Shown here: positions 1-8,039 of the stretch, piece by piece
Layout of the letters: each line of letters begins with the position of its first letter
Position numbering within the stretch: the first letter of the stretch is position 1
Source of the DNA: a virus
Lineage: Duplodnaviria > Caudoviricetes
Virus record (IMG/VR): IMGVR_UViG_3300044711_000031
Location: 1 to 42,902 of that record
DNA length: 42,902 bases
Direction: 5' to 3' (one strand)
Notes under the pieces: model-generated
What the model saw: the letters and a program-made list of their open reading frames with translations, nothing else
What the model was told of the DNA's origin: nothing
The model's database searches: none
Position numbers and translations under genes: made by a program

Positions 1-127
1 CCTGACGCGTGCCACCCTGACGGGTGCCAACCTGACGGGTGCCGACCTGACGCATGCCAACCTGACGGATGCCGACCTGACGCATGCCAACCTGACGCAT
101 GCCAACCTGACGCATGCCAACCTGACG
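1..127. repeat. Terminal direct repeat (127 bp, identical to 42776-42902); probable circular-assembly overlap
   Basis: First and last 127 nt match base for base; 127 is a common assembler k-mer size. Confidence 0.9.
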
Positions 128-571
128 GATGCCACCCTGACGCATGCCAACCTGACGGGTGCCGACCTGACGCATGCCAACCTGACGGGTGCCAACCTGA
201 CGCATGCCAACCTGACGCATGCCGACCTGACGCGTGCCAACCTGACGCCAATCCGCGACGATATTTGGGCTGTCCTATGCAGTGCTCCTGCTGAAGCTCC
301 CGCGCTTCTCCAAGCGCTGAAAGACGGCAAGGTCAACGGAACGGCCTATGAAGGACAATGCGCCTGCCTAGTAGGAACAATTGCCAATGCCCGCCATTGC
401 AACTACGAAGAGATTCCGGGGCTCAAGCCGAATGCCTCACGCCCGGCTGAGCGCTTCTTCATGAACATTAACAAAGGCGACACGCCGGAAACTTCGCAAT
501 CCTGCAAGATCGCTGCGGAGTGGGTCGAGGACTTCATCACGCGCATGACAGCGGCATTCGGAGCAAAGTAG
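1..571 (+). CDS. 3' part of pentapeptide-repeat protein (begins at 42537, crosses the circular join)
   Basis: Frame from base 2 reads A(N/D/T)LT(H/G/R/D) repeats, then ...GKVNGTAYEGQCACLVGTIANAR...; stop TAG at 569-571. Confidence 0.85.
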   Translation, partial: LTRATLTGANLTGADLTHANLTDADLTHANLTHANLTHANLTDATLTHANLTGADLTHANLTGANLTHANLTHADLTRANLTPIRDDIWAVLCSAPAEAPALLQALKDGKVNGTAYEGQCACLVGTIANARHCNYEEIPGLKPNASRPAERFFMNINKGDTPETSQSCKIAAEWVEDFITRMTAAFGAK

Positions 572-573
572 CT

Positions 574-939
574 ATGAGCCAATCACTAGGGACGGATCGG
601 ATCAAGGATTACCAAGATTGGTTGACTTGCGGTAGGTGCGGGGAAACGCAGTGCCGCTGCTGTCCGGTCTGTGGGGCATCTCTGTTCGACTTTTGCGACT
701 GCTACGATGCACCAGCAGAACCCATCATGCTATGCCCCAAATGCGGAGAGAACGACCGCATTCGTTGCGGCAACGCTGACTACCAGTCAGACGGGGAATG
801 GTTCGATGAAGATTACGCTGAGTGCAAGTCATGCGGCCACGTTGGAGACCCGCAATTATTCGAGGACGCAGCACTAGCACCACCAGCACCACAGCCGGAA
901 CTACCAAGGCCAGTGAACCACAGGAAAGGGAATCAATGA
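574..939 (+). CDS. Cys-rich zinc-finger-like hypothetical protein
   Basis: ATG 574; several CxxC pairs (CGRC, CPVC, CPKC, CKSC); ATGA overlap with next gene. Confidence 0.7.
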   Translation: MSQSLGTDRIKDYQDWLTCGRCGETQCRCCPVCGASLFDFCDCYDAPAEPIMLCPKCGENDRIRCGNADYQSDGEWFDEDYAECKSCGHVGDPQLFEDAALAPPAPQPELPRPVNHRKGNQ

Positions 940-1307
940 CACTAGAACAGAAGCGCAAGATTTGGGCGCAAGCCACGCCGGGGCCGTACCACTTCAGCCG
1001 TGGATTGGACGATCTTCGCATACATGGTAGCGATCACGAGGTGTTTGCCAAGTTCTTGGGCACTGATGATCCAAACCTGCAAGTCTTCATCGACGGTCGC
1101 ACCCACCTCGAAACCCTAGTCGCGGCGTTGGAGAAGATTGCCTCATGGCTGGAAAAACAATCAGCGGTGATGAGCATGGACGCCGAGTCATGCGAGGAAT
1201 CGGGAGATCCCGAAGAAGCCAATAACCTGCTGGAATCAGCCGCTAATTTCGACAGCCAATCCAAGCTACTTCGCGAAGCTCTCAACTCCCTGAACGATGA
1301 GAAATAA
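936..1307 (+). CDS. Hypothetical phage early protein (ATPGP-type N-terminus)
   Basis: ATG 936 after AGGAAAGGG; motif AQATPGPY resembles Ead/Ea22-like small phage proteins. Confidence 0.7.
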   Translation: MTLEQKRKIWAQATPGPYHFSRGLDDLRIHGSDHEVFAKFLGTDDPNLQVFIDGRTHLETLVAALEKIASWLEKQSAVMSMDAESCEESGDPEEANNLLESAANFDSQSKLLREALNSLNDEK

Positions 1308-1465
1308 TGCCAATCCAGATCACAACCCGGCGTAGGAGGCTCCACAAGGGCCACGATTGGGCAGCCTGGGTCACGGGAGACACGCGGTGGTGGTGGGATC
1401 GCCGCAACCAAGAGCGAAGCTATCAAGGGCCTGAAAAGGCTAATTCAAAGAATCGAGGAAACGAA

Positions 1466-2089
1466 ATGACGATCACTGAAGTTTTGCAACTCTACCCGCG
1501 AACCAAGGCCGAGAATTGGAAACAGCATCCTAACGGCGAGGGCTGGATTCACGAAGACGCCAAGGTATCACCTAAAGCGTTCATTGGTCCGCGTGTCGCT
1601 GTGCGGGGCGGCACCATCTGGGGCGGCACCATCGAGGGCGGCACCATCGAGGGCGGCACCATCTTGGGCGGCACCATCTGGGGCGGCACCATCGAGGGCG
1701 GCACCATCGAGGGCGGCACCATCGAGGGCGGCACCATCGAGGGCGGCACCATCTTGGGCGGCACCATCTGGGGCGGCACCATCGAGGGCGGCACCATCGA
1801 GGGCGGCACCATCGAGGGCGGCACCATCTTGGGCGGCACCATCTTGGGCGGCACCATCTCCGAAAACGCCATCATCAAGATTGGCGAGGACTATGTGACG
1901 CTCCTGAGCGTTGCCGAATGGGGAGCAATCACCGGACACAGAACGACGGATGGTTGGGTTATCGTCTGCGGATGCCGCCGATTCACTTTGGCCGAGGCAA
2001 TGGATCACTGGAAGGATCGCGAGGACCGAGCTGGAACCAGAATGGCCGTAGATGTTATCGCACAGATCGCCAAAAAACGTGGTTGGTAG
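1466..2089 (+). CDS. GGTIx-repeat beta-solenoid protein
   Basis: ATG 1466 after GAGG; 17 GGTI(E/W/L/S) units; C-terminal ...IVCGCRRFTLAEAMDHW domain. Confidence 0.85.
   Translation: MTITEVLQLYPRTKAENWKQHPNGEGWIHEDAKVSPKAFIGPRVAVRGGTIWGGTIEGGTIEGGTILGGTIWGGTIEGGTIEGGTIEGGTIEGGTILGGTIWGGTIEGGTIEGGTIEGGTILGGTILGGTISENAIIKIGEDYVTLLSVAEWGAITGHRTTDGWVIVCGCRRFTLAEAMDHWKDREDRAGTRMAVDVIAQIAKKRGW
1607..1861 (+). repeat. 15-bp tandem repeat x17 (GGCGGCACCATCnnn)
   Basis: Directly visible; the first 12 nt of each unit are invariant. Confidence 0.95.
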
Positions 2090-2113
2090 GCTAATTCAAA
2101 GGGAGGTAGGGGA

Positions 2114-2500
2114 ATGAGCAAGGTTAAGAATTTTGGTAAGCATGTGGTGATGAGCATTGCGAGCGGTCGGCTGTTGTGCGACTTCGGGGACATGCACGAG
2201 GCCATCGAGTTTCTCGCGCAAGAGCCTGTGTTTACGCATCAGTTAGCCTCTAGCAAGTTTGCTGACTGGTTGAGCGAGGCGGTTTACGCTCAGTATCCCG
2301 ACCTGCGCGAGCTATCCAAGTCAATCATTGATAACTTGGATGCCAATCCAAAAGCACTGCGCGAGGCATCACAGGCGCTTTCAAAGGAACTGGCGAAGAC
2401 GGTCATGCCACTGCAACCCGCCGCCAACTTCGAGGCAAAGGCGAAGCTCATGCGCGATTCCTTCATGGAGCCACTTCAACGCATCGGGAGCGCCAAATGA
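2114..2500 (+). CDS. Hypothetical protein
   Basis: ORF with GGAGG RBS; ATGA-coupled to next gene. Confidence 0.8.
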   Translation: MSKVKNFGKHVVMSIASGRLLCDFGDMHEAIEFLAQEPVFTHQLASSKFADWLSEAVYAQYPDLRELSKSIIDNLDANPKALREASQALSKELAKTVMPLQPAANFEAKAKLMRDSFMEPLQRIGSAK

Positions 2501-2808
2501 CCCACCTACTAGATCAAGCCGACGAACGCGCAGAACTGGACGGGGAGGAGTACGATGACTACCTAGCTGTAGCTGGTGTAGCGTGCATTTGCCTGACCTG
2601 TGGCGAACGATCGACCGTGGACCCGCACAATTTAGACTCCTCCAGATACCGGATGCTATGCGGGGCTTGTGGCAAGCACATCATGGTCGAGGATGAGATA
2701 AGCCCTGAGACTTGGGGAATCCTACTTTGCAAGCGCATGGGCCATCACGGATGTATCGCCAAGGACACCACGGGCCATGAGTGGCATTTTGAAAGGGAGG
2801 CAGTATGA
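2497..2808 (+). CDS. Zinc-ribbon hypothetical protein
   Basis: CLTC...CGAC; translationally coupled on both sides. Confidence 0.75.
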   Translation: MTHLLDQADERAELDGEEYDDYLAVAGVACICLTCGERSTVDPHNLDSSRYRMLCGACGKHIMVEDEISPETWGILLCKRMGHHGCIAKDTTGHEWHFEREAV

Positions 2809-3074
2809 GGCAAGTCAGCGAGAAAAGACGCCGAGCGCATCAGAACGCTTTCGATGCGGCAATGAAGGTCATGGAAGCACGCAAGGAAGCCAAGGCTGAT
2901 CACATCCTCAAGGCCGAGAAATCCGTCTGTGGATTAGCCAAGGAGTGGCGTGCTTTTAAGACCGGGTACTTAGATCCACGGTGCGTTGCTGGCAAACTGG
3001 TAGCGGCTATTGACGAGCTAATAAAAGCTGAGAGTGAACAAGCCCTAGACCAAACCAAAGCCCCACACAAATAG
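2805..3074 (+). CDS. Hypothetical protein
   Basis: GGAGG RBS; ATGA overlap. Confidence 0.7.
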   Translation: MRQVSEKRRRAHQNAFDAAMKVMEARKEAKADHILKAEKSVCGLAKEWRAFKTGYLDPRCVAGKLVAAIDELIKAESEQALDQTKAPHK

Positions 3075-3078
3075 CACT

Positions 3079-3634
3079 TCTAGGTCTGTAGTATTACAGG
3101 CACACCACTGCTGCTCTGGGTCTTCCCGTGCGCTGTTTCCGATGTTCTGGAAGTAAGCCCTAACGAGTAGCCAGTTTGTATCCCGAATGTTCTCCCAGCA
3201 CAGTGCGAACCGTAGTGTTGTTCTCCCCTGACCCGTCGCTTTGAGGGAGAATCACGGGCGTGGTCTTCCCGGTGTCGAACGTCGAGGATAGCGTTACCGC
3301 GTCCTCGCGCCTCCGTCGTGGTCTTTGCTGGCACGCTTGCAGGCAGGAGTGGAGCTTTGAACACTGTGCTACGTGCGTATGTTCCGACAGAGCTTCTACG
3401 TGAGTTTGCTGGGATGCTTGTTGGCGTGGATTTATTGGCCTTGTGGAAGAACTGGTGGTTCGCGACACGCCGTGCTGGTCCAAGGTTTGCATGATAAACC
3501 GCTCGCAAGACCATGATGCAACGGGTGGAAGGTGAAAGTCAAGCGGGACGTTGGCGTAGATGACTGTGCGAGCAGTTTACCTTGGCTCCGCCCCGCTTGC
3601 CGATCCTGCGCCACTGGGGTAGCGCAAGCCTAGA
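3079..3634 (-). ncRNA. Candidate large structured ncRNA (~555 nt); strand uncertain, minus favoured
   Basis: No credible CDS between convergent genes; more than 10 complementary segment pairs including an end-closing helix and crossing pairings; GUAA tetraloop and two G-U-completed helices on the minus strand. Confidence 0.65.
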
Positions 3635-3735
3635 GTAACACAAATTTGCCACGGTTCAAATTTAGCGACGGTACGCGGCCTACGTCGCTGCTACGATAAC
3701 CTTCCATGTTGGATGTCCGTAAAGCATCACCTCCT

Positions 3736-4179
3736 TTACTGCACTGTCTCTGAGGTGCTGTCGTATTGCGCTCGCAGGATATCTGCATTCCAGAGCCTAC
3801 GAACACCCATACCAAGCATCTCCACGTTAACCGAGTTGCGGCGAAGCTGGCCGATCATCCCATTAACAGCAAGAACGGTTCGACCCATCTCCGCCGCGAT
3901 TGTTTCCGCAGTGGCCTTGTCCTTTCGGCGGCGGATCAAGTATTCCACTTCGGATTGCGTCCAAAGCTGATTGCTTCGATTCGCCCGATGTCCGCGAGTC
4001 CTGCGTTTCATCGGAACACCGTTGGTCCGAAGGCGAACCACCATCTTGCTAATCGCAAATCGGGTGTGTCCCATTGACTCGCAGATATCATCGAGTTCAA
4101 CTCCTTCATCCCACTGCTTCATCAGCGTCTTGATTTCTTCATCCGTCCAACGATGTCCGTGCTGCGCTTTCATTCCCAT
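3736..4179 (-). CDS. Tandem Myb/SANT- or GcrA-like HTH DNA-binding protein
   Basis: Two repeats, WTDEEIKTL... and WTQSEVEYL..., each followed by an IxxxMGxT helix-turn-helix. Confidence 0.75.
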   Translation of the reverse strand: MGMKAQHGHRWTDEEIKTLMKQWDEGVELDDICESMGHTRFAISKMVVRLRTNGVPMKRRTRGHRANRSNQLWTQSEVEYLIRRRKDKATAETIAAEMGRTVLAVNGMIGQLRRNSVNVEMLGMGVRRLWNADILRAQYDSTSETVQ

Positions 4180-4221
4180 ATTTCCTCCCTACCTCCAATT
4201 CCCCGCGTTCCTGGTTTTGGG

Positions 4222-4389
4222 TTACTTCAGTGAATTGAGCCAGTCGAGGGATTCAATAGCCTCAACCTTCCAGACTCCGTAGGTCGCCCGAATATCTGGA
4301 GATACCCGTTCTCCATGAAGACTAATCAAGTCCTCAATCATCAACAGACGCGCTTCCACCGCCTTGATTGCTGTTTCTCGTGGTGTCAT
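4222..4389 (-). CDS. Hypothetical protein
   Basis: ATG 4389 overlaps the upstream stop (ATGA). Confidence 0.55.
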   Translation of the reverse strand: MTPRETAIKAVEARLLMIEDLISLHGERVSPDIRATYGVWKVEAIESLDWLNSLK

Positions 4390-5549
4390 TTGCTGCGTTC
4401 CTGAACCTGCTTCCACATGCCATCGAGCCAGTTGATCACCCAATCAGCGTCCTTGCCTTCCTTCAGAGCCTCCATCACCACCTTATCCAGTTCCGCCGCG
4501 TTGTATTTCAACTGACGGCCAAGCGCGTAGATATGGCAGCTTTGCGACATGGTTAGCTCAGGACACTCGAAAAGGATGCCTCCGGCCTTCCGGCTAGTCC
4601 AATACAGTTCTTGCGCCTGGAGGAGCTTCAGGAACTTCTCTTGCTCCGCTGGTGCCGTGATCTGGTTGGAGTGCTGATACCCCGGGCCAAACTCCCTGAG
4701 AAGCTGGTAATAGCGCTCCTCATTGCCGTCGCACGCATCCACCATGCTATCCCGCAGCTTCTTGACCTTGCCGAGCCACAGGTAATTTGCGGTCTTTGGC
4801 TTCGCCTTCCCCTTGGTGGTTTCGGGGATTGGATCTTCGGCTAAGTCAGCGGGGGGTTGCGGATCGCTTCCCGGAGCGACCGGGGCTGCATCCAACATGG
4901 TCGAATCTTCCGGCGATGCCGAAAGGACACTCCCCCCGCCTTTGTCCGAGCCGTCGCCCGAACCTCGTTGCCGCTCTATCGCGGCGAGCTTTTCATTCTT
5001 GACCTTTTCGCGTTCTTCCTTCGATCCTGAATCATTCCAACCGCCCTTGCCGGGAAGCTCCGACTCATCGAGCATTCCGAGGCCGCAATGTCCCAAGATG
5101 GCCCTGCGCTTCGCCTTCGTCGCTGCCTTCATCATGGCATTGCAAAGAGCTTCCCCGGAGAGTCCCTTGATGTTGACAGCACCAAGATCGTCGGTGACTC
5201 GCGTATCACCCGGAGCACTAGCACGAGCCTGAACAACGTAAACATCCCCCGGCTGCGCTCCCTGCTGGATGATGATGGCCGACAACTGCCGCTTGCTCGC
5301 AAGCTGATTGGCGCATTCCTTCTTGGCGTAGAGAACTAGCTTGCCTTGAAGGGAGATCAGATCGAAGGGCTGAGTCGCCGGGTCAAGGTCGAGAAGCTGG
5401 CAACGATAGGCGTAGTACGCCGTGCGCTGCGGAGGCGTCAGCCCGGACAGATCACCCTTGACCATCAACTGCTCAATCAACGCCTGCGGCAACACCACAG
5501 ACTGCTTGGGAACCACATTGCTCGAAACTACCGCAAGCTCATTGCTCAT
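4386..5549 (-). CDS. ssDNA-annealing recombinase (RecT/Red-beta-like)
   Basis: GDLSGLT...LDPATQPFDLI.LQGKLVLYA...NAMMKAATKAKRRAIL annealing-domain pattern, then a disordered linker; GGAGG RBS before ATG 5549. Confidence 0.75.
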   Translation of the reverse strand: MSNELAVVSSNVVPKQSVVLPQALIEQLMVKGDLSGLTPPQRTAYYAYRCQLLDLDPATQPFDLISLQGKLVLYAKKECANQLASKRQLSAIIIQQGAQPGDVYVVQARASAPGDTRVTDDLGAVNIKGLSGEALCNAMMKAATKAKRRAILGHCGLGMLDESELPGKGGWNDSGSKEEREKVKNEKLAAIERQRGSGDGSDKGGGSVLSASPEDSTMLDAAPVAPGSDPQPPADLAEDPIPETTKGKAKPKTANYLWLGKVKKLRDSMVDACDGNEERYYQLLREFGPGYQHSNQITAPAEQEKFLKLLQAQELYWTSRKAGGILFECPELTMSQSCHIYALGRQLKYNAAELDKVVMEALKEGKDADWVINWLDGMWKQVQERSK

Positions 5550-5736
5550 TAGATGCCTCCAGTGTGTTAATGGCTCCGCGAATCCCAACGCGCACAAAAG
5601 CACATTCAGCACAGGGGCACGTCAATCCGTGACTGATTGCTCGCACAAAGGCGCGGTTGAACCACAATCTGCGAGCGTCGGAATCCAATGCTGAACGGCG
5701 ATCCACTATTCCGCTTTTTCTCCTGTCGTTGCTCAC
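5539..5736 (-). CDS. Hypothetical protein
   Basis: ORF coupled to both neighbours; CPCAEC motif. Confidence 0.55.
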   Translation of the reverse strand: MSNDRRKSGIVDRRSALDSDARRLWFNRAFVRAISHGLTCPCAECAFVRVGIRGAINTLEASNEQ

Positions 5737-6197
5737 TTCACACCTCCCTGTAGTCCAGCCTGTTCAATCCAAGTAACTTCAACTTCCACACGCGCCGGAT
5801 TTCCGTAGCCCTTGTTGATCGTGCAGCCTGTCACCTGTGAATCATCCTCAAAGACGATCCCCGTGAGCGAGTCGAGCAGGGCCCGAAGCAGCTTGTCCAA
5901 GTCAGGCTTGGAAACCTTGTCCATGCCGACCTTAACCGACTTGGGCCGCTCGAATAAGAACAGGGCTTCAACGGAAACAGGAGTGGGCCGCTTCACAAAC
6001 TGCTTCCCAGCGATTGCCACCATCGCGCAACCGGATACCTCTTGACGCCACGGCTTCAGCTTCTTGTTGGCGCTGGTAATCACCACGCGGCCACCACGAA
6101 CGAATCCACGCGATGACCCTTGGGGCTCCGGCTTCCCCAGTACTGTGAATGACACGCGATTCTGAATCACCTTCTCCAGTGGAGGCTTGGGGGTCAT
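5733..6197 (-). CDS. rusA: RusA-family Holliday junction resolvase
   Basis: GKPEPQGS...KPDLDKLLRALLDSLTGIVFEDDSQV signature. Confidence 0.92.
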   Translation of the reverse strand: MTPKPPLEKVIQNRVSFTVLGKPEPQGSSRGFVRGGRVVITSANKKLKPWRQEVSGCAMVAIAGKQFVKRPTPVSVEALFLFERPKSVKVGMDKVSKPDLDKLLRALLDSLTGIVFEDDSQVTGCTINKGYGNPARVEVEVTWIEQAGLQGGVK

Positions 6198-6505
6198 TGG
6201 TAGCCTCTTGAAGTGCGTTTGCCCTTGGGGATGCCGTACCAGATAACACCGCCGCGCCCGATTCTAGTGGCGAGCCTGCCACTCTCAGAGAAGCATGGTC
6301 CGTTGCGCAGCGTCTCATTGGATTGCAGGCTGGACTGTCGGCACTGCTGGAAAACAATGGCAATATCATTTGCAGAGGGGATGCCGATCTTATTCCACCT
6401 CCACCCATAACGAACGAAGCGGCGATGCGAGCAATTGACAGCACCATCGAGGCTCTTAGTCCAGTAGAATCTGGCCCTGATCTTGTTGGGTAGCTTAGGG
6501 GTCAC
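6194..6505 (-). CDS. Hypothetical protein
   Basis: GTG start overlaps the HTH gene stop; ATGA overlap with rusA. Confidence 0.6.
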   Translation of the reverse strand: MTPKLPNKIRARFYWTKSLDGAVNCSHRRFVRYGWRWNKIGIPSANDIAIVFQQCRQSSLQSNETLRNGPCFSESGRLATRIGRGGVIWYGIPKGKRTSRGYQ

Positions 6506-6717
6506 TTGACACCTGCCCATTGCTCAAGGGCAATCATGTTTGGGAGGTTCACGGCTTTCCCCTGCTGCGCCCGGTACACGGCGTTGTAATCGACGCCAGC
6601 GGCCCGCGCAGCTTCACGAAGGCTGATCTGCCCTTCCACATAACCGCGTTTCTTCTTGATGGCCTCCGCGAGTCGCTCTCGCTTGCGCTTGGCCTGCAAC
6701 ACTGACGTTGTGCTCAT
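6502..6717 (-). CDS. Cro/XRE-like HTH regulator (leaderless)
   Basis: SLREAARAAGVDYNAVYRAQQG helix-turn-helix; ATG lies 6 nt after a -10 box. Confidence 0.8.
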   Translation of the reverse strand: MSTTSVLQAKRKRERLAEAIKKKRGYVEGQISLREAARAAGVDYNAVYRAQQGKAVNLPNMIALEQWAGVK

Positions 6718-6723
6718 GTAGAC

Positions 6724-6753
6724 AAGGTAGCAAACAAACTTAGCACTTGTCAA
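6724..6753 (-). promoter_or_regulatory. Sigma70-type promoter TTGACA-N18-TACCTT with TGn extension
   Basis: Near-consensus boxes in the AT-rich gap between divergent operons. Confidence 0.7.
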
Positions 6754-6879
6754 ACGAATTATCTTGACTAAGACATAATTTCTGTGCAATTCTTCCAATC
6801 AAGCGAACGAGACAGACGTAATCTGAGCGCTGTTTCCGCTGGCCTCTCTGGTAGAGGCGAAAATTCAAGGAGGTAGGGA

Positions 6880-7107
6880 ATGGGGACTGAAACGGCGGTT
6901 AAGTATCCGAGCAAGGAGTACAAGCATCCCAAGTGCAGGCTGACAGGAACTGACGGAAATGTCTTTGCTTTGGCGGGTCGTTGTAGCCAAGCTCTGAAGG
7001 CTAAGGGCCACGATGACATGGCTAAGGAAATGGCCTCGCGGATCTTCAAGAGCAAGAGCTACGATGATGCGCTTGGGATTATGGCCGAATACTGCGACAT
7101 CAGCTAA
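6880..7107 (+). CDS. Small phage protein (LTGTDGNVFAL motif)
   Basis: AAGGAGGT RBS; motif familiar from small phage proteins. Confidence 0.8.
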   Translation: MGTETAVKYPSKEYKHPKCRLTGTDGNVFALAGRCSQALKAKGHDDMAKEMASRIFKSKSYDDALGIMAEYCDIS

Positions 7108-7265
7108 TGGCCACTGACCCACTCCTCACCTGCCGCGCCTGCTTCCAAATCCTCACGGAGATGGAAGTGGCGCTAATGGATGGTGCCACGGGGGATCAGC
7201 TTCGGGAGATTGAACTGCGGTTGGTTAGCGCCCTAGAGAGGGCGAGAGAGGCGGTAGGTCTGTGA
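7107..7265 (+). CDS. Hypothetical protein (52 aa)
   Basis: TAATG and GTGA overlaps; MATDPLLTCRACF... Confidence 0.55.
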   Translation: MATDPLLTCRACFQILTEMEVALMDGATGDQLREIELRLVSALERAREAVGL

Positions 7266-7531
7266 ATCCAGTCGAGGTGGCTTGCAATGAGATGCTTCAG
7301 CGTCATGGATTCTTCGTGTGCTGCACTTGGTTCAAGGAATATCCGATTCCTTCCATACAAGTAACGCAAATCGAGCTTGGGGAAGAGACCGAGATTCGCA
7401 TCGTTGGGAGAGCTACATTCGATGATTACATGGAGCAGTTCTCTTACTCCGGCGTGGATCTCGATACGTTTCAAGGTGTACCTACTCCGGGGATCAGAGA
7501 TGCCAAATTCTGGAAGGCGGTAGCGGAATGA
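7262..7531 (+). CDS. Hypothetical protein
   Basis: Coupled ORF in operon. Confidence 0.65.
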   Translation: MNPVEVACNEMLQRHGFFVCCTWFKEYPIPSIQVTQIELGEETEIRIVGRATFDDYMEQFSYSGVDLDTFQGVPTPGIRDAKFWKAVAE

Positions 7532-7734
7532 AGCCTAAGCGCAAGGTGAAGCGCCCCAACAAGGCGGTTCGTGCTCGTTGGCAGGAGTTTGCTCGCCTTC
7601 GGGACTTGGGCCTGAGCCTCCCTGAGATTGGACGCCGGATGTTGGTTCACCACACCACGGTACGTTACGGTCTGATTCAGATGGGGTACAACGAAGTCGG
7701 GGGAACGTTTGAGTATAGGGAGGGGATCTGGTGA
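7528..7734 (+). CDS. DnaA-C-terminal-like HTH protein
   Basis: GLSLPEIGRRMLVHHTTVRYG resembles the DnaA domain IV pattern SLxxIGxxFxxRDHTTV. Confidence 0.7.
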   Translation: MKPKRKVKRPNKAVRARWQEFARLRDLGLSLPEIGRRMLVHHTTVRYGLIQMGYNEVGGTFEYREGIW

Positions 7735-8039
7735 CAGGAACATTGCCATTCTCAGTGAATAGCTCGGTTAGCAAGGAAGATCGGCCAAGGCTTACCGGGC
7801 AACTTGGCAGGGTCTACGATAGCCTTATCTCAGCCGACGATCACTTGTGGCTGACGCTGGAAGGGATTGCCTACCTCAGCAAAGCCAACTACGGCGTTGT
7901 TGATTCTGAGGCGTCCGTCTCAGCCCGACTGCGGGATCTTCGCAAGGCTGGTTACCACATCGAGAAGCGCAAGCGCTCGGCTGGCTTATGGGAGTATCGC
8001 CTGAACTTGGAGTTTCTGGAGAAATCGAATGAAGCGTAA
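7731..8039 (+). CDS. Winged-HTH protein
   Basis: WLTLEGI...SEASVSARLRDLRKAGYHIEKR...WEYRL. Confidence 0.75.
   Translation: MTGTLPFSVNSSVSKEDRPRLTGQLGRVYDSLISADDHLWLTLEGIAYLSKANYGVVDSEASVSARLRDLRKAGYHIEKRKRSAGLWEYRLNLEFLEKSNEA

Noticed and set aside
1-247. Tandem repeats as a CRISPR array
   Set aside because: 15-bp units with no spacers that stay in frame as a pentapeptide-repeat protein
1549-2008. Alternative-frame ORFs (MVPPS, DGAAL, AAPSR repeats)
   Set aside because: Shadows of the stop-free 15-bp repeat; only the GGTIx frame has a sensible start and flanking domains
3080-3614. Minus-strand ORFs of 144, 110 and 60 aa
   Set aside because: No clear RBS or coupling, unremarkable low-information translations; base-pairing density explains the region better, though coding is not formally excluded
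3079-3634. Group I/II intron, RNase P, tmRNA or CsrB identity for the structured region
   Set aside because: No domain V, P/Q/R/S elements, complete RNase P conserved regions or tRNA-like ends found by eye; GGA count not clearly above expectation
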